From contig OZ176053.1 of NCBI GenBank assembly GCA_964247055.1, positions 992,001-1,056,000 on the forward strand: 64,000 nt of DNA, in the 5' to 3' direction. The translations under genes were made by a program, and so were the position numbers. Of this stretch, positions 50,807-64,000 are shown piece after piece; position 1 is the first letter of the stretch; every line of letters starts with the position of its first letter. This DNA comes from Paragordius varius (Eukaryota > Animalia > Nematomorpha). The notes beneath the pieces are model-generated. The model was not told the origin of the DNA and searched no databases. It saw only the letters and a list, made by a program, of their open reading frames with translations.

Positions 50807-53800
50807 AGTACAAAGCTATAATACCATTGTATAGCAATTTTAGATATTTTCTAAAAACCCATATGCGGTGCGTTTTTGATTTCATCTAAATATGGGAAAG
50901 CTAACATAATATTCAAAAATGACTTTTTAAATTTAATACTAAATTTTACTTATTTATAAGGCATGATTATTAAAATAGTGAGTAAACGCTAAATTTTATG
51001 AGATGACCCCCAATAAGCCCTCAGTATAACTGTTGCGCAAAAAATAAATATAATTTTTTTACATCGAATCCCTTTTTTCCTTGATGGCAATTCTGTTTTT
51101 TCTTTACTTATTACAACAGCGTATGGCATAAAACAATAGAATAAAAAAATGTTTTTTTTTATAAAAAACAAGGGGAATATTATGGATATGTGTATATACG
51201 ACTAAGCTTGTTTTTCAAAAAAACATTTTTTTATTCTTTTATGGACTAATAATGTTTTATGTCATACACGACTGTATATATTACAAACAGAGATTAATAG
51301 ATATCTGTTTAGTGTATCATTCACATTTATTACTGAAATTTTTAATCATAATAACCCCTTCTCAAATGCATGCACTGTATTGAAAAAGCTTTTGTAAAGC
51401 CTACTACATCATGTAAATTATTTTTTTTAACATAAATTTGTATATATATATAATATTCCGTTGATTAGAATATAATAACATATTTATATTGATTTTTTGA
51501 TTAAGAGTAGTCTCAGAGTCATTTATTAATCATATAATAATAATAATATTTACCTAAATTACAAATGTATATAGTAAATAGACATAATTAAAATTTTGCA
51601 TCCAATTATATTATATATTGAAATTATGAGGTATTTAAACATTTTGAAATTGGCCCCTTTTTACGTTTTTTCCCATACATTCAGGGAAGAAAGTTTAAAT
51701 TCCTTACATAACCATTAAACAGCTTTTAGTATTTTTTTTGGAGGTTTTCACTGCTGTTTTTTATCATTGGGTGCCCTAGTGTCGCCACAAAAATAATGCA
51801 AAAAAAATATTGATTTTTTGTGTCATTTAATCTTGAAATAGGGGGAAATTACACGATGCCATGATGTTAATGATAATTATTTTCCAACCCTTTCATATCC
51901 TAAATTTTATTTTTGTTTCTCTAATAAAGTAACTTAAAAAATGGACCGATTGTAATATAAAATTCTGCTGTATAAAATCCAGCATGTAACTGATATTCTC
52001 ATTGATAACATACTTTATATCCCTGAATCCAAATATTCTGGCTCTCTAGTAACTTATTCTGCTTTATTTTTATGATTTCTTTGTTTTAAGGCATTTAAAT
52101 ACTGGTTGATTAAAATATTAAGTAAATTTTTATACTTTTGTTATTGGTAAAGATTAATATATTTTTTTTCAAGTCAAAATCTAATCAATTCATCAAACTT
52201 AGAAAAACCATTTGTAAACCTTGAATGGAAAAAAAAACTTTTAAGCAAATTATGCCAGGAAGTCGTATAATTAATTATTAGCTGCATTTTTAGTTTATAG
52301 TTGGTGCACAACACTTTTTGCACACAATATTAAAAAACATTAATTAATATTGGCATGGTGCATGCATGCTTTAAAATTTAAACCTTTAAAAGTATTTCTA
52401 TATATCGTAAAATAATCAAATTCACTGGTTTTAGTAGTAGTTAGGTAATAAATTATCATATAAATTATTTGTTTGTTTGATTTTTTTGGAAAAAATGGAC
52501 TGAAATAATCAATTAAAAGCTATTAACAGTTTCCTGCTTCCGCTTTTTCCTAAAACTGAGAGATTTATATTTTTTCATTGACTATATAACCTACCTCCCT
52601 CTTTCGCCTATTACCTCCAAGGTAAAACAAAAAGTATAAAATTTCGAAAAACTTTTCAATTGACTTTACTATATAGATGGAAACTGTAAATTTTATATAC
52701 CAAATTAAAATGCAACTTTTACTTTGTTTCTATATCTAACTCTAATATATCATAGATAAGTCAAGACAATTTTTTCAGCTCAAAAAAAGTTTTTGAGCTT
52801 TAAATTATTCTGTTTTAGAAATTTTTAAAAAACATTTTCGGTTGATTTAATTTGAGAAATATGGTTTTTTTTTCAAGTTTCCTTTTTACAGTTCAAAGAA
52901 AATTTAACATCTAAAACATTTCCAATCAAATCAAATTTATTAGGGGACGCTTGATTTCCTAATTAAACATTTTCGGAAAAATATTATTATTATGAATATT
53001 ATCGATTTTGATCATGGTTTTATTAAAAAGATTATTTTATTTCGATAAAATATCCAAATTAAGTAAAAACATTTAATATTTATAGTACATTTAACTTAGA
53101 TCATCGATGGAAATGAAAAAAAAATTGCAAAAATTTTACATAATTTATTTTTTATCGTCGCATACACAATAAATTTACTAATTAGCCTCTGGAGAATCTA
53201 ATCAAAAATTTTATTGTTTTCAAAAAAAATTAAGTTTCTGAAAAATAATCAATTTTTTTGAAGGTTAAAAATCCATAATATATATTTATATGTATTCAAT
53301 TTTTTATTTTCAATGTGAACAATACCCCAGAGACAGACTAAGCTATCTCAGCAAAACTAAGTAAACACTTTACAAAATATAATGTTAAAATTATGTTATT
53401 TACAATATGTGTCTTTATAAATTTTTCCACAAAAAGGCCTGATAAAATTTCGAAAAAGTTAACTATTATTATCATATTTAGCAATTTGCAAACCATATAT
53501 TCTATTTTTCAAAAAAGTATTTATCTAGGCTAAATATATATATTTTGCCTGCATTTTTACAGGTAATTATATACTTGTGAATAAACTAACTAGTTATCTA
53601 GCTCGTATTATAATAATAAGTCATACGTCGCGGTACTTTATAATTTTTCTTTGTCGATTTTTTGTATTCAATTCTCTTGTTTTTGAAAGTAAAGAAAGAC
53701 AGAGAGATCTTTTTATATTATCTATAAACACAAAAGATGATATATGATAAAAAATTTTAACCAAAAAAAAATTTTTTTTCTCAAATAAAATAATAGTTTT

Positions 53801-53916
53801 TTATTGAGTTTTTAAACTTTTTTTAATTTGAAAAATATAAACTTAATTTGAACATTTAAAATTGGTGCGCGTGTGCGGCATTGCAAAAAGCCATCGTTTC
53901 TTTGTCAATTAGAAAG

Positions 53917-53952
<36 letters not shown>

Positions 53953-54716
53953 GTTAAAAAGAATTTAAACAAAAATTTTAAATCTTTTTTAAGGTCAAAA
54001 ATACATTATATATATTATGAAATTTAAAATTTTTAATAATGGATAATTAACTAATTTAATTTATATTGAAAGTTATTTCAAAAATTTTCTTTGTTAAAGT
54101 GATATGGAATCAAGCGACACCTATTCGGAATTGCAAAAAAATTGAAATCAAAGTGTCGCCTAGATGACTTTTGATCTTTAAAATTTATATATTCAAATAA
54201 TTTTTTTCACAATCTTTCGGCGCCTATTATAATTTTTCACTAATAATCTTAAATCGAAATCCATGCTTGACAATAGATTTTATATATTTTAATTTAATTT
54301 AAAATCAGAATTTTTTTTGAATTTTTTTCATATCACTAACCACAACATCATTATTTAATTTGGGGACAGCAATATCCATTACTTGACCTAAATTTTAAAC
54401 ACTATATATATATATATATTGTCATTTAGAGTATTATATAATTTTTTCCATTATATATATATATATATGACACCTGTTCAATATATCAAATGATTTGTAT
54501 GAAATGGATTTAAAAATGCTATAAATACTATATATTTAATCCTTAAGTAAAGACAAATTTGCGACAAGAAATCAAGGAAAAAGGACAAAGTTTTTAAATT
54601 TTTCCCCAAAGTTTATTTTCTTTTTCTTTTTTTTAACAAAACCAAAAAAAAATATTTTTATTTATTTTTAGTTTTAACTAATTTGTCGCTTTAAGCTATA
54701 TGATTGTATTGCGAAG

Positions 54717-54751
<35 letters not shown>

Positions 54752-56362
54752 ATTGGTATACGAACTTACTATTTATATATATGTTGTGTGGATTATTTTT
54801 AAATTTCTATATATTTCATTTATGTTTTAAAGTCTTTGACAGAAAAAACACGAAATTCGGAAACATCTTTATTATCAGTATTAAAGAATGATATGAAATT
54901 AGGACAGTAAAATAGATCAGATATGAGATACCTCATACCTGTGTTTAAAAATATTAACCTTATAAAATTATTTTTTGCATTGCGCAATTTTCAAAAAAGA
55001 TCCCTCTATCCTATTATATTATATTCTGTTCTATACTATTCTATTAAATTTTGATCACTGTATAAGAGATGGTTATCACAATAACAAGGTATTTTGAGAT
55101 TTTTTCTGTCTGCATAGAACGATTATATATAAAATCCACCGGATTGAAAATATTTTTTGTTCTTTTATCATACAATTGATTGATTTTGAAATTTTTATCC
55201 ATAACAACTCACAAAAAAACATGTATAATATATGACTATTTTTTCATGAATTAAATTTATCGTATTTATTTGTCGCATGATCCTTTATATGTATATAATA
55301 TATATCGTGATTATTTAATTTTTTAATTTTTTTAAGATTATTATTATGATTTTTTATCTTATCATGGCATTTGTTAAACTTTTCCAATTATATACCGTAT
55401 GGATAGTAAAATATGTGGATTGCACCTACTAATATTCTGATACGATTTGAAATTTTGTAAACAAGAGAAGAGGTATTGGATTGTTAAAATTTGCTGTATG
55501 GCTATTTTTTACCATTTTTTTCATTTAATTTGTATATCAAATTTTAGTAAACTTTATATGATATAAAAATATGTTGAACATTTAAGAATTTTAACAGAGT
55601 TATCCAAGAATATATATACATATCTGACTTAAATAGGTTACGAGCATTAAAGATTCATTTTTTATCTTTTAAATACGCGGCGGTCTTTAAAAAGTAGATA
55701 CCCTAAAAAATATAATGACATCATAATAGAACGAATTAAGATTTATTTTTTAAAGGCTAACATAATTAAAATAATTATTGTCAAATTTTTTATTATATAT
55801 AGTCAAAAAATATTTTTAGTTGAAAAAAATAAAATACATATAATTGGGATATAGATAAGGTAAAGATTTTGGGTTACTTGTTTCTAACACACTAATTAGA
55901 AGTTATAATAAATAAACAATAATAATAATTTAAAAATAACTGACTGACTTTATAAAAAATTACAGTATAAAAATTTCAAGACATATATTTTTTTAAATTG
56001 TTTGGGTTTGCGATAAGGATAAGTATTTTAAATTGGTAATACACTTATTAACCTAATTAAAAATTGTAACTTTATAAAATTAATGCAGGTGAAACTAAGG
56101 TTTTAAAAAGTAAGGGGTTGGCTTTCTATAAAAAATTCATTTGTCTTTTTTACGTTTTTTGAATTATAGTTGATGACACAGCTCTTTATAAACCTTGAAT
56201 TTAATACCTAAGCTATATATTAATTTTGATTTAAAAAACTCATTCGTTCGATTCATGAAAATTGGCCCATATATTTCTCGTCAGAAATGTCAATATCATG
56301 ATTTAGAAATAGAAATATTTGGAGAGATGGCATGTTTTACAGGTATGAGTCAACCAATTTAT

Positions 56363-56424
<62 letters not shown>

Positions 56425-58690
56425 GTCAACACACATCTATTACATAAAAAGTGCCGCCGACTGACATTCATAATAAAATGTCTTTATAATCGATTTTATA
56501 CATATTAGTTGTCAATAAGATGTTTTAACAGGCAAATAAATATTATTTCCCGCTTCGATTATATGAGAAAATCCGTAAGATTTTTTTTAAACACATATAT
56601 TATAGATATATATGGGAATTTTAAACAAAGATTAACTATTTCATACGTAATACGTAATAATAATTTAATAATGAAAAAATTTTTTTTGTCACACTTTGTA
56701 TCGAAATTTTACATGATATCGTTAGATATCGATGTATTTGTAATTTTTTCGTTTTGAATGTAAAAAAGGAATATATTAATAATTTAACTTTTATTATTAT
56801 TAATTAATCATTTAGGATTGCTTAAAATTATTTTATTGATATATATAATTTGGATATTCTTTACTCACAAGTATTTACCTATTTTTTTAATATAACTTTA
56901 ATATTGCTTAGCCTTAAACCTATTAAGGTAATTGCATGTTTTTTAAGGTAAATTCTCCTAATAAATTTTAATTTTAATTTTTTTATTTAAAAAAATAATT
57001 AAAAAACATAAATATTAAAAGATAAAATTTATCAGTTTTTATATATATGTTGTCAAATGAAAAAAACGACAAATCAAATCAAAATATTATCATTTTAGGC
57101 ATTAAAAAAATGGGGAAAATTACAAAAAGATAAGATAAGCTTATTTTTATTAAAAAACAGGCACACGATATGGAACAAAACGGCTTTAAGGTTATATATG
57201 TGTCAAAAGCAATTTACTTAAATATTAAAATTGAAATTTTTTGGGTTATATTTTTTGAAAAATAACTCTAATTTGGTTTTTTTAAAAAGAGTGTGACAAC
57301 CTAAAAAAGTCAAAATTAATTTGATTTTGGCATTTGAAAAATAAAAAAAATTCAGATATCAGGACCTTCCCCCCTCACGAATATCTAATTTAATTAAAAA
57401 CACACACATTATCTTAGATAAAAATTTTGACAGTTTTGAACATTAAATTATAAAATAAGGACAAATAGGACACACAGGTAATGCAATATTGTAATATTGC
57501 AAATAATTAATAAAATATTTATGAAAAATGATGATAAATGTTTTTTAGTTTAAATTTATTAGTTAGTTTGATAATAAAAAGATAATTTTATTTTATAAAT
57601 GTATGAAAATCACGTAATTAGCATCATATATTCCCTACCATTTTTTCATATTTTTATTTTAAATTTTTTTTGGTAATCATAATTTTTTTTACCTTAAAAT
57701 ATAAAAGTTTTAAAATTTATCCTATATATTATTTAATTTAAAGTTGCGCTTTACAACATTTTTATTCATATTATTTCATATTTTTCACTAAAAAAGCACG
57801 AAATTCTGTCAACGAATTTTGTCATTTATTTTTTGTTGAAAAAAAAATATTTGTTATAACCAAGGAATCAGATTCATTCACCTTATTATTTGTGCAAAAA
57901 ATATTTCCCTTCGCTTTATTTATATTTTTTATCTTTTAAAAAAAAAATTTTAACTAAATGTTTTGAAATAAAATTATCAAATTTGAAATCCTGGGTTCTT
58001 TTGATGCCTAGATATTGTTATGATGTTTCTAGCACCATTTGAATTCAGTATTATAAATTTGAAGCACTTCAATTCCCATCTCTTGAATACATTCAAAATA
58101 ATTCGGCTAATATACAATCAATATTATTGTAGTAATAAGTAACTGGAATCATATATTATATACCTTGTATAACTGATTGAGTAGTATCTATTAGATAGCA
58201 AAAATATATGAAAATATTAAATTAAAAATGATGATTTAACAGTCAATAATTATAAAATGTGTTTAACCAGTTTATATTTTAAATGACTAAAAGATTCTTA
58301 GAAATTAGGATCACTAATCACTTAGATAATAATTTATACTTTTCATACACTTCAACGCCAAATTATTTAAGGTTGAAAGATATCAGCCGTTAAAATTAAA
58401 TTTTATCGTATACTGAAAACGATTATAAACTTTTTGGAAAGCTGGCCTTTGACTGTTCACTGCCATAATAAAAATATTTGATTCATATGAATGAAAAATG
58501 AAAAAACTTCATGCGATTCGGACATTTTGCAACTTTTATATGGAACTTCCCGCATTTTCGGGTTTGATTAAGTTATATTGGCCAAAGGCGGTTTCAAAAG
58601 TAATCCACGCCTAGTGTGTGAGCTACTGACGTTAGCATTAGAAACTTTTTAGCACTTAAATTTTATTATATAATTATATTAAGATAAAGT

Positions 58691-58943
58691 CAGAGGCTTT
58701 GCTAGAGGGGGTGAGGGGGATTGATGCACCTGGCGCCATAGTTGAAGGGGTGCCGATCTTAAGATTATTGTAAAATTTTATTTCAAAAAAATAGGTATTT
58801 AAAAGTTATTAATTTAAATAATACATACGAAATCATCCCCATTTATGAGTGGTCACGAGCACGGTTTGAATTTAATTATTTTTTCAAATGCCAGGGTACA
58901 TATAGAGGGAGAGAGGGCGCCAGAATTGCAAGCGAAACCTCTA
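58691..58943. mobile_element. 253-bp hAT-type MITE with perfect 8-bp TSD
   Basis: GATAAAGT at 58683-58690 and 58944-58951; imperfect TIRs CAGAGGCTTTGC / GCGAAACCTCTA. Confidence 0.8.
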
Positions 58944-59497
58944 GATAAAGTGTGATGTGGATAGAGATGCCGAGCAACGAAATTCTGACAATAATTTTTT
59001 CTAGTAAATACTGTTGCAAACTTCGATGCAAGCCAATTCATTTAAATTAGTTTTTTTCCCAAACCCAGTTTTAAAAAATATGCCGTGTTCGTTCAAATTC
59101 TTAAGGACCCACCCTTTAGATTCATAAACCTTTTCCCAATCTTATAGCAATCAACCAAACAATATAAAATAAATTTTAAATGTGTTTAAAGATTTGTCAT
59201 AAGATGTTGGAGGTTATTTAAAAATCTAATTTAATCATTGTGCATATATTATTAATCTTGATATTGTCGTTGTAATTAAAAATGGCGTAAATTCAAAATT
59301 TAGATTGCTTAAAAAAGTCTTAGAAGTATAATATAATTTATATAGGAACAGTTCCGTATTTGTGGCCGTCTATAAAAAGTATTTAGAAGAAAAAATTTCG
59401 AGATGATATATTTTTCGAAATATGGTCATTTAATAAAATAGATTAATGAATATCTGAGAAACTCGAAACATCTAAATTATATATAAAATATATTATA

Positions 59498-60923
59498 CCA
59501 GGTGTATTCAAAAGTTTTACTGTTTTACTTGGTAACACATAATTCTGAAAAATTAATTATCAATTATATTTAAAATATTGTACATCTGCTTCTATACGTT
59601 TCGCCCATTTCTCAGGTACTATATTAATTCCGGACCAGAAAACTGATTGACTTTTGCGGCATATTTGTCAAGTCATTTTCCAACGTCTAAATCAAGGATG
59701 TCCAACATGCTTTTTTCCTGTACGAAAAAGTGCTCTAAAAATGTTATAAAATATAATATTGGATTTCAATCAAAAATTTACGATTATTTAGAATATATAT
59801 CGCCAAAATTGGGCTCAAAATAAATAAAAAAGGAAAAATTATCAAAGAGGCCGCGAAGATTATGTGGACACCCCGGGTCTAAATTCTTAAAAAACTGGTC
59901 TGCGAGGGTTGGCCCCATTAATGCCAAGTTGTATTTGTGAGATGTCAGCAGATTAAGAGAGTTCAGGGAGCGAAATCTCATTAGAGCCTTTTTAGATGTC
60001 TTTGACTGGATTTACTAAGCGAACCGAAGCATTTTCATGCAAAATCGTTTTGTTATGCTTTTTTTCATTCCGGTGTTTTTCTATTGATGCATAGTTTTAA
60101 ATTGGTATGTAGCGTTGGAATGTGTGTTAACAATTTCACAGGACAATAAGTTAATAGTGACACTACCGTTCTGGTATCACAAGAGCAAAGAGCATGGTTT
60201 TCTTGCCGAAGCGTATTGGCCTTGTAATTGGAACAGCTTGGCAAGAATCGATGTAAAATGATTTTTTGTGACGTTGAGACAGACTTTTCAATTACTTGGG
60301 GCAATTTTTGCAAATCTGCGGGGACTCATTTACCTGTCATCTTTCCCATTGCTCGCAATCTAAATGTTTTTATGCTGAATAAATGATTTTGCTATAGCTG
60401 TTAAGTTTGAGTTGAGTCATCATTTGATAACTTTTGCACTTTAGCGTCTTAGCAGTTGTGTGGCCTAAAAGAGCGCCCACATTCTTTTCAATGAAATCAC
60501 AACTTTTATATTTTGAAACCATTTTACTAATAAGTTTACGGATAAAGCACTTTCATTATATGCTTCTGACACCAACGATATTTAGCCTTTTTCGTCTAAA
60601 GCCATTCGCGCCGCAAATATTCCTTTTCAGGCATAAAATTTGGCATGGTTATTGAATGACAAAAATAGGTCGCTAATTTTGGGTGAACTCAACTTGTGGG
60701 ACTTTGTCGTTTAGATAAAGAAGATGGGGTATGTATCAAATTAATGGTCCTCATACTCAGTGGCGTACCGAGCAGGCGCCCGGGGCAGAAACTTTTATGG
60801 CGCCCCTTACCCTTTTTTTAAAGCCAATAAAACAATTTAGCAAAAAAATACAATCGTTGTAACCTAAACACCATAGATAAGACAACACAGTCATATAAAT
60901 TTTAAATCTATTTAATATATATA

Positions 60924-60969
<46 letters not shown>

Positions 60970-61235
60970 GATACTAAATTTATTCAATGGTACTAATCAG
61001 GTGAATAATAAAGGTATATATTATAGGGATTACCTAAATTGCTGAAAAATCTCATTTAAAAGTTCTTATTATTTTTGCATAATTAAAATTTAATTTTAAA
61101 AAATCATTTAGGCGCCCCTAAATAACGGCGCCCGGGGCATGATGCACCCCCTTGCCCCCCTCCCCTCGGTCCCCTGCTCATACTTTCTTCTTACGTCTTC
61201 TCTTCTGAGGATACTGACCTATAAATTACACCTGA
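59498..61235 (-). mobile_element. Full-length but decayed mariner element (about 1.3 kb once the nested MITE is removed)
   Basis: TA-flanked termini TA|CCAGGTGTATT (59496) and TA|TCAGGTGTAAT (minus, from 61237). Remnants RLRAMGK..GK*VP, KHNKTILHENA..VNPVK, LADQFF and FWSGINIVPEKWAKRIEADVQYF follow mariner transposase order. Confidence 0.85.
60758..61176. mobile_element. hAT (Tip100-like) MITE nested in the mariner, perfect 8-bp TSD
   Basis: CTCATACT at 60750-60757 and 61177-61184; termini CAGTGGCGTACCGAG / CTCGGTCCCCTG; GGCGCCC(C)GGGGCA subterminal motifs; internal (AT)n. Confidence 0.85.
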
Positions 61236-64000
61236 TATTAATTAACAATTAGTTAAGCGCAGAGAAATTGCGGTCTGCGTATATTTCTCTATTTTAGGAG
61301 TAATTTGATTATGAATATATTAATGCTATCAGATGTAGTGCTTCTGTTACATGGGATAATAAGGTTTACCATGCGTAATAAGTTTATAAAATACATTAAT
61401 TATGGATATTTTATCAAGAGGTATTCACCCGGCATCTGTTCTTTTATCTATATTACAACGGAATCTTACCACATATTGCCGTGTGGTCACGTTAGCTTTA
61501 CTCGGATTGGTGGGGGCTCTTCTAGTTGGCAGCATCGTTATTATCCATATAATTATCTAGGGATTTAATTTGCCAATGTGTTTTCCTACGTGTCTTTTAT
61601 GGTCATATCCTTGGATTTGGTGAGATAAAAACTCGGCTCTATTAAATTGCTTGTAGCCATCCTTACATTTGTTTATTCCTTCGGAAATCAATGGATTTAA
61701 TTTAAATTTTCTTTCTGCCTTTCAGGCGTGCCTACTACCATATTATTTCTAGTGAGATGGTAGCGGTATGGCTTTATCGCTAGACCACATTATTTTTCTG
61801 GTACTCTTTTTGGCATTTTTTGATACTTACTATCATTTTATGTAAATCTGAAAAAAATTCCACCTAAGAATTTTTATAATTTAATTTTTTTGATTATGCA
61901 CCCTCTTTATCAAAATTTTACTAAAAAATGTTTTTCTTTGAAAATATACAACAAATGCCCATTTGTAATATATTATTCGAAAGAGTAATGAAAACTCTAT
62001 AAATGCATACTGTTTTACATCGATAGTTAATATTGGACATAGGAAGCGACAAACGCGCGAAGCGAGAGGGTTTTTCTAAACTAATGGATGAAACTTTGTC
62101 TAGATGCTAATGAATGTCCAAAAAAGATACAAGAAAGTTTATTTGATTAAAACACTTATTCATGCATTTATGTCATTCAAACCAGGCATTTTTGAGTTTC
62201 TTGTTTTTCAAAAAATTACCATCTGATCATTATTAATTTAAATTTTTATGGGGCTTATATTTTTAAAATTTTAAAGACTAAAAACAAAGTTTAAGGTAGA
62301 TCTTGTTAACGATCATGTAATGAATTGTTATAAATATGCATTTAGTATCCAGTAGGTAAAATAATTGTGATAATAATAATTTTTATTTAAAAAGCAAACC
62401 AAAAGCCTTTTCAATGATTTTTTTAAAATTTTATATCAATGCAACCATAATAATTATATTAAAATAATTATATGATTTTTAAATTAGTTTGTTTGTGAAA
62501 ATTTTTGACAGGATTGAAAATTTTGAGCATATAAACCTATTACATAGATTGATTTAAAAAGCTAATTACCATATGAAAGATACATGTTTTCGCGCTCTTT
62601 ATAATGATATAAAAACATGGCCATATATCTAAAACTTTTAATTTTGAAAATTTCGAATTTAATGTTTAATCGGGGCCAAAAATTATTAAACCCTAATAAT
62701 TCAAAAATTCTTGTAGACCATTTTTTTTTCATATATATCATTTATGTACTATAATGATATAATTTTAAATTTACAAGAATGGCAGTTAAAAAAAGTTAAT
62801 TGTTGTCTAGTGTAATTATCAAATTGGTTTAGTCGCGTAAAATAATTGATCAAAGTATTTACGTATTATTACTGATCATCGTTCTCGGGACTATATGTGA
62901 CATAATGTGTCAATTGTGGATGATGTTAATTGTCATCATTATCAAAGAACATTTTGAAGTTAAGTTTGATAAAATACATAAATAAAATAGCCAAAATTTA
63001 TTAACATAACCATGTCAACTTCTCACCGCTAGATTCTCAAATTGGCTTATTTCAACATGCCTTATTTTGTTAGACTTTATACACATTTTCTAAGCCGTAA
63101 ACCTATAAATTACATTCATTCTTTATATATGGATATGCCAATGTCATATCGGTATGGTATTTATACCCTTTGATTCCAAATCGGGTAAAATCTGGTGTAT
63201 TTTTATCTTGGTTACGGATTGCTATATTCAGTTTAGCTCATATCCTCTCTCATCTCTACTAAGTCAATTATATGCAACCTAAAAATTATGTTTAGTTAGT
63301 GTATAATCTTCATCAAGTAAATCCTTCTTGTCATTGATCGGGCATTTAGATAGAGGGATCTGTTCTTAGCTGGGTTTCTGCTTGATACACTATTTTATCG
63401 TATTTGTTAATTTCAAAATCCCATCTAAAAAATTCGCATTTAATATATAGAAAATTCTGTCCCTATTAAAGAGTTCGACCAACGGTAATCCTGTCAATCT
63501 TCTGAACTCCCACTATAAACAAAATTGCGAATTTTTTTTTAGCATACCAACGCTTTAATTCCTCTGCCTGTTGAAAAGTTTCTTTCGGTTATGCTGCACT
63601 TCTTTGCCCATACCCGATCGTACTCCTCATGATTTCAATCAAGTAATCGATGCACTGCAAACTCCCATTTGTTTTAGCACATTGACGTATTCACATCAAT
63701 GAATAATGTTCAAAAGGCTATTCTTTGCAATGTCTCTTTTTCTATATTTTCTCAAAGGATAGGGTAAGACTCAGGTGAAAATCAAATCATGGTGGTTGTA
63801 GCTGTTTTTAACTAAATTTTGAAAAATGCTTATGACGTTATCAAATTTGCTATAATTAATACCAAATTAAGAAATGCTAATTATTAATCGACCAACCAAA
63901 CTAATCCACAAATCTCATTCTTTGGAGACACAGCATTGATTTTTTTTAACCAATCCTCAAATTAAACTTTAACCCCACAAGGGTAAGATGCTATTTGTAT

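Overview
Very AT-rich eukaryotic (metazoan-type, invertebrate-like) genomic DNA; the taxon cannot be fixed from sequence alone. I reconstructed six intron-rich genes by hand, each in frame across its junctions: RNMT (minus, runs off the left edge), twinfilin (+), ATP synthase gamma (-), THOC1 (-), a MAPKAPK2/3-like kinase (+) and a CaMK1-like kinase (+). A possible seventh gene lies antisense inside twinfilin intron 2. The rest is packed with transposon debris: two abundant MITE families, hAT, mariner, Helitron, Penelope-like and Chapaev/Transib-like elements, and fold-back repeats. About 21 kb at the right end has no recognisable host gene. The most unusual signals are: (1) obligatory 24-33 nt micro-introns clustered at gene 5' ends beside kb-sized introns, one apparently GT-GG; (2) a minimal hammerhead ribozyme with a U3-A8 core variant at the 3' end of a Penelope-like insert; (3) a 143-codon in-frame Asn-rich candidate cassette exon inside twinfilin ADF-H domain 1; (4) only 47 bp between the divergent RNMT and twinfilin start codons. 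All coordinates and counts are hand-derived. No database search was run, and protein identifications rest on remembered family motifs.
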